Below are positions 35,929 through 37,618 of a stretch of 37,618 bases of DNA, one piece after another. The stretch lies in the NCBI RefSeq assembly GCF_001194135.2, contig NC_068983.1:127780189-127817806 (forward strand), in the 5' to 3' direction. A model generated the notes under the pieces. That model searched no databases. It was given only the letters and a program-made list of their open reading frames with translations, and was not told the DNA's origin. The position numbers and the translations under genes are program-made. Within the stretch, counting starts at the first letter, position 1. The number at the start of each line of letters is the position of its first letter. This stretch comes from Octopus bimaculoides. Lineage: Eukaryota.

Positions 35929-36388
35929 NNNNNNNNNNNNNNNNNNNNNNNNNNNNNNNNNNNNNNNNNNNNNNNNNNNNNNNNNNNNNNNNNNNNNNNN
36001 NNNNNNNNNNNNNNNNNNNNNNNNNNNNNNNNNNNNNNNNNNNNNNNNNNNNNNNNNNNNNNNNNNNNNNNNNNNNNNNNNNNNNNNNNNNNNNNNNNNN
36101 NNNNNNNNNNNNNNNNNNNNNNNNNNNNNNNNNNNNNNNNNNNNNNNNNNNNNNNNNNNNNNNNNNNNNNNNNNNNNNNNNNNNNNNNNNNNNNNNNNNN
36201 NNNNNNNNNNNNNNNNNNNNNNNNNNNNNNNNNNNNNNNNNNNNNNNNNNNNNNNNNNNNNNNNNNNNNNNNNNNNNNNNNNNNNNNNNNNNNNNNNNNN
36301 NNNNNNNNNNNNNNNNNNNNNNNNNNNNNNNNNNNNNNNNNNNNNNNNNNNNNNNNNNNNNNNNNNNNNNNNNNNNNNNNNNNNNNNN
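35929..36388. other. Assembly gap
   Basis: N run; the left edge is the repeated 48-mer, not a microsatellite. Confidence 0.99.
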
Positions 36389-36447
<59 letters not shown>

Positions 36448-36486
36448 ATATATATTTGTATATATATATACATTTTTATATATGTC

Positions 36487-37618
36487 TCTCTGACCAACCT
36501 CTGGAGAAATTCTTTAGAATCAGGTTATATACCGAAACACCTCCGACCAAATCTGTCATCATGGTTTTCAAACAGGGAAACAGATCCCTCGTAGCCAACT
36601 ATCGCCCAATCTCTCTCACCTCCCACATCATAAAAGTATTGAAAGTGTGGTAAGATCAAGGATAGCTGACTTCCTGGAGACGCACAAACTCCTAAATGCA
36701 AACGAGCATTGTTTTCGCTGTGACAGGGACTGTCTAACACAGCTCTTACACAACCTTGAAGATATACTTAAACTTTTCGAACAGGTTTGAACGCTGATGT
36801 CCTATATCTTGACTTCAGTAAAACGTTCGACAGGGTTGACCATTATATCTTACTCCCAAAATTGGCAAATGTTGGAATCCGTGGAAAACTTCTACAATGT
36901 ATTAGGTATTTCCTGGAAAATAGAACACAAGAAGTTGTTGTCAATGCAGTCCACTCAAGCCCAGCAAAAGTCACAAGTGGTGTCCATCAGGGAACTGTCT
37001 TGGGCCCGCACCTCTTTATAATTTACATAAATGACCTTTCCAGCGTTTTAAATCACTGCAAAGTGAAAATATTTGCTGATGACACTAAGCTCCAGCAAAT
37101 CAAGAAGACCGCACCCAACTCCAGACTGATCTATATGCTGTGAGTCGATGGGCAGCCAAAAACAAAATGAAACTCAACGAGGGAAAATTTGAACTGATGT
37201 GTTTTGGAAGAAAGTCTATACTAAAATAGCCATACTCTCTTCCTTCAAGGGAACCGCTCACGGCATCCAATAAGAGAGATCTGGGTGTAATTGTTGACAA
37301 CAATCTCAATTGGAGTGCCCACATCAACAATAAAGTCAACATAGCTTGTAGGATGAACTCCTGGACCTTAATAACTTTCCGGTCCAGAGAACAAGGTGTC
37401 ACCATTCCACTTTTCTCATCCTTTGTACGGCCAAACCTCGAAAACTACTTCTCCTTGTGGTCTCTCCATATAAAACAAAACATCTCGAGGATTGAATCAC
37501 CCCAGATAGCACTGACTAAACGAATTGAAGGCATGACTGATCTTCATTACTGGGACCGCCTTAAAGCCTTGAAGGTCTACTCTCTCCAGAGCCGCCTCAA
37601 GCGGTACATCATCTGTAC
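36487..37618 (+). mobile_element. CR1-group LINE reverse transcriptase relic, continuing beyond the window
   Basis: LTNLWRNSLESGYIP, NYRPISLTSHIIK, YLDFSKTFDRVDH, SGVHQGTVLGP, IYINDL, KIFADDTK, RDLGVIVDNNLNWSAHI and HYWDRLKALKVYSL; several frameshifts and stops. Confidence 0.93.

Noticed and set aside
4920-36594. All long ORFs containing X runs (e.g. 11924-12592, 28100-28900, 35850-36594)
   Set aside because: They stay open only because of N-gaps and dinucleotide repeats.

Overview
This is AT-rich, microsatellite-dense animal DNA with seven N-gaps. It is most likely an octopus (cephalopod) draft assembly, judged from my recall of octopus SINE families, not a database search. I cannot identify any intact host protein-coding gene, tRNA, rRNA or CRISPR array; almost all ORF-track entries are microsatellite, N-gap or antisense artefacts. 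The recognisable content is retroelement debris: two R4/Dong-like LINE pieces bordered by (TAA)n, an internally deleted L1/Tx1-like LINE, a CR1-like RT running off the right edge, a Penelope-like relic and about a dozen tRNA-derived SINE copies or fragments. Two things stand out. (1) Four minimal type I hammerhead-ribozyme-like motifs: 35649-35693 (+), 26340-26380 (-), 21271-21315 (-) and 19435-19477 (+). One lies in a 343-bp unit that begins to repeat just before a gap (retrozyme-like), two lie in Penelope terminal repeats, and one forms the tail of a tRNA-headed SINE. Each departs from the canonical core, so activity is unproven. (2) A ~1.6-kb element with only a zinc-knuckle ORF1 (HAL1-like), bounded by a target-site duplication inside a SINE. 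A few exon-like segments are flagged at low confidence.
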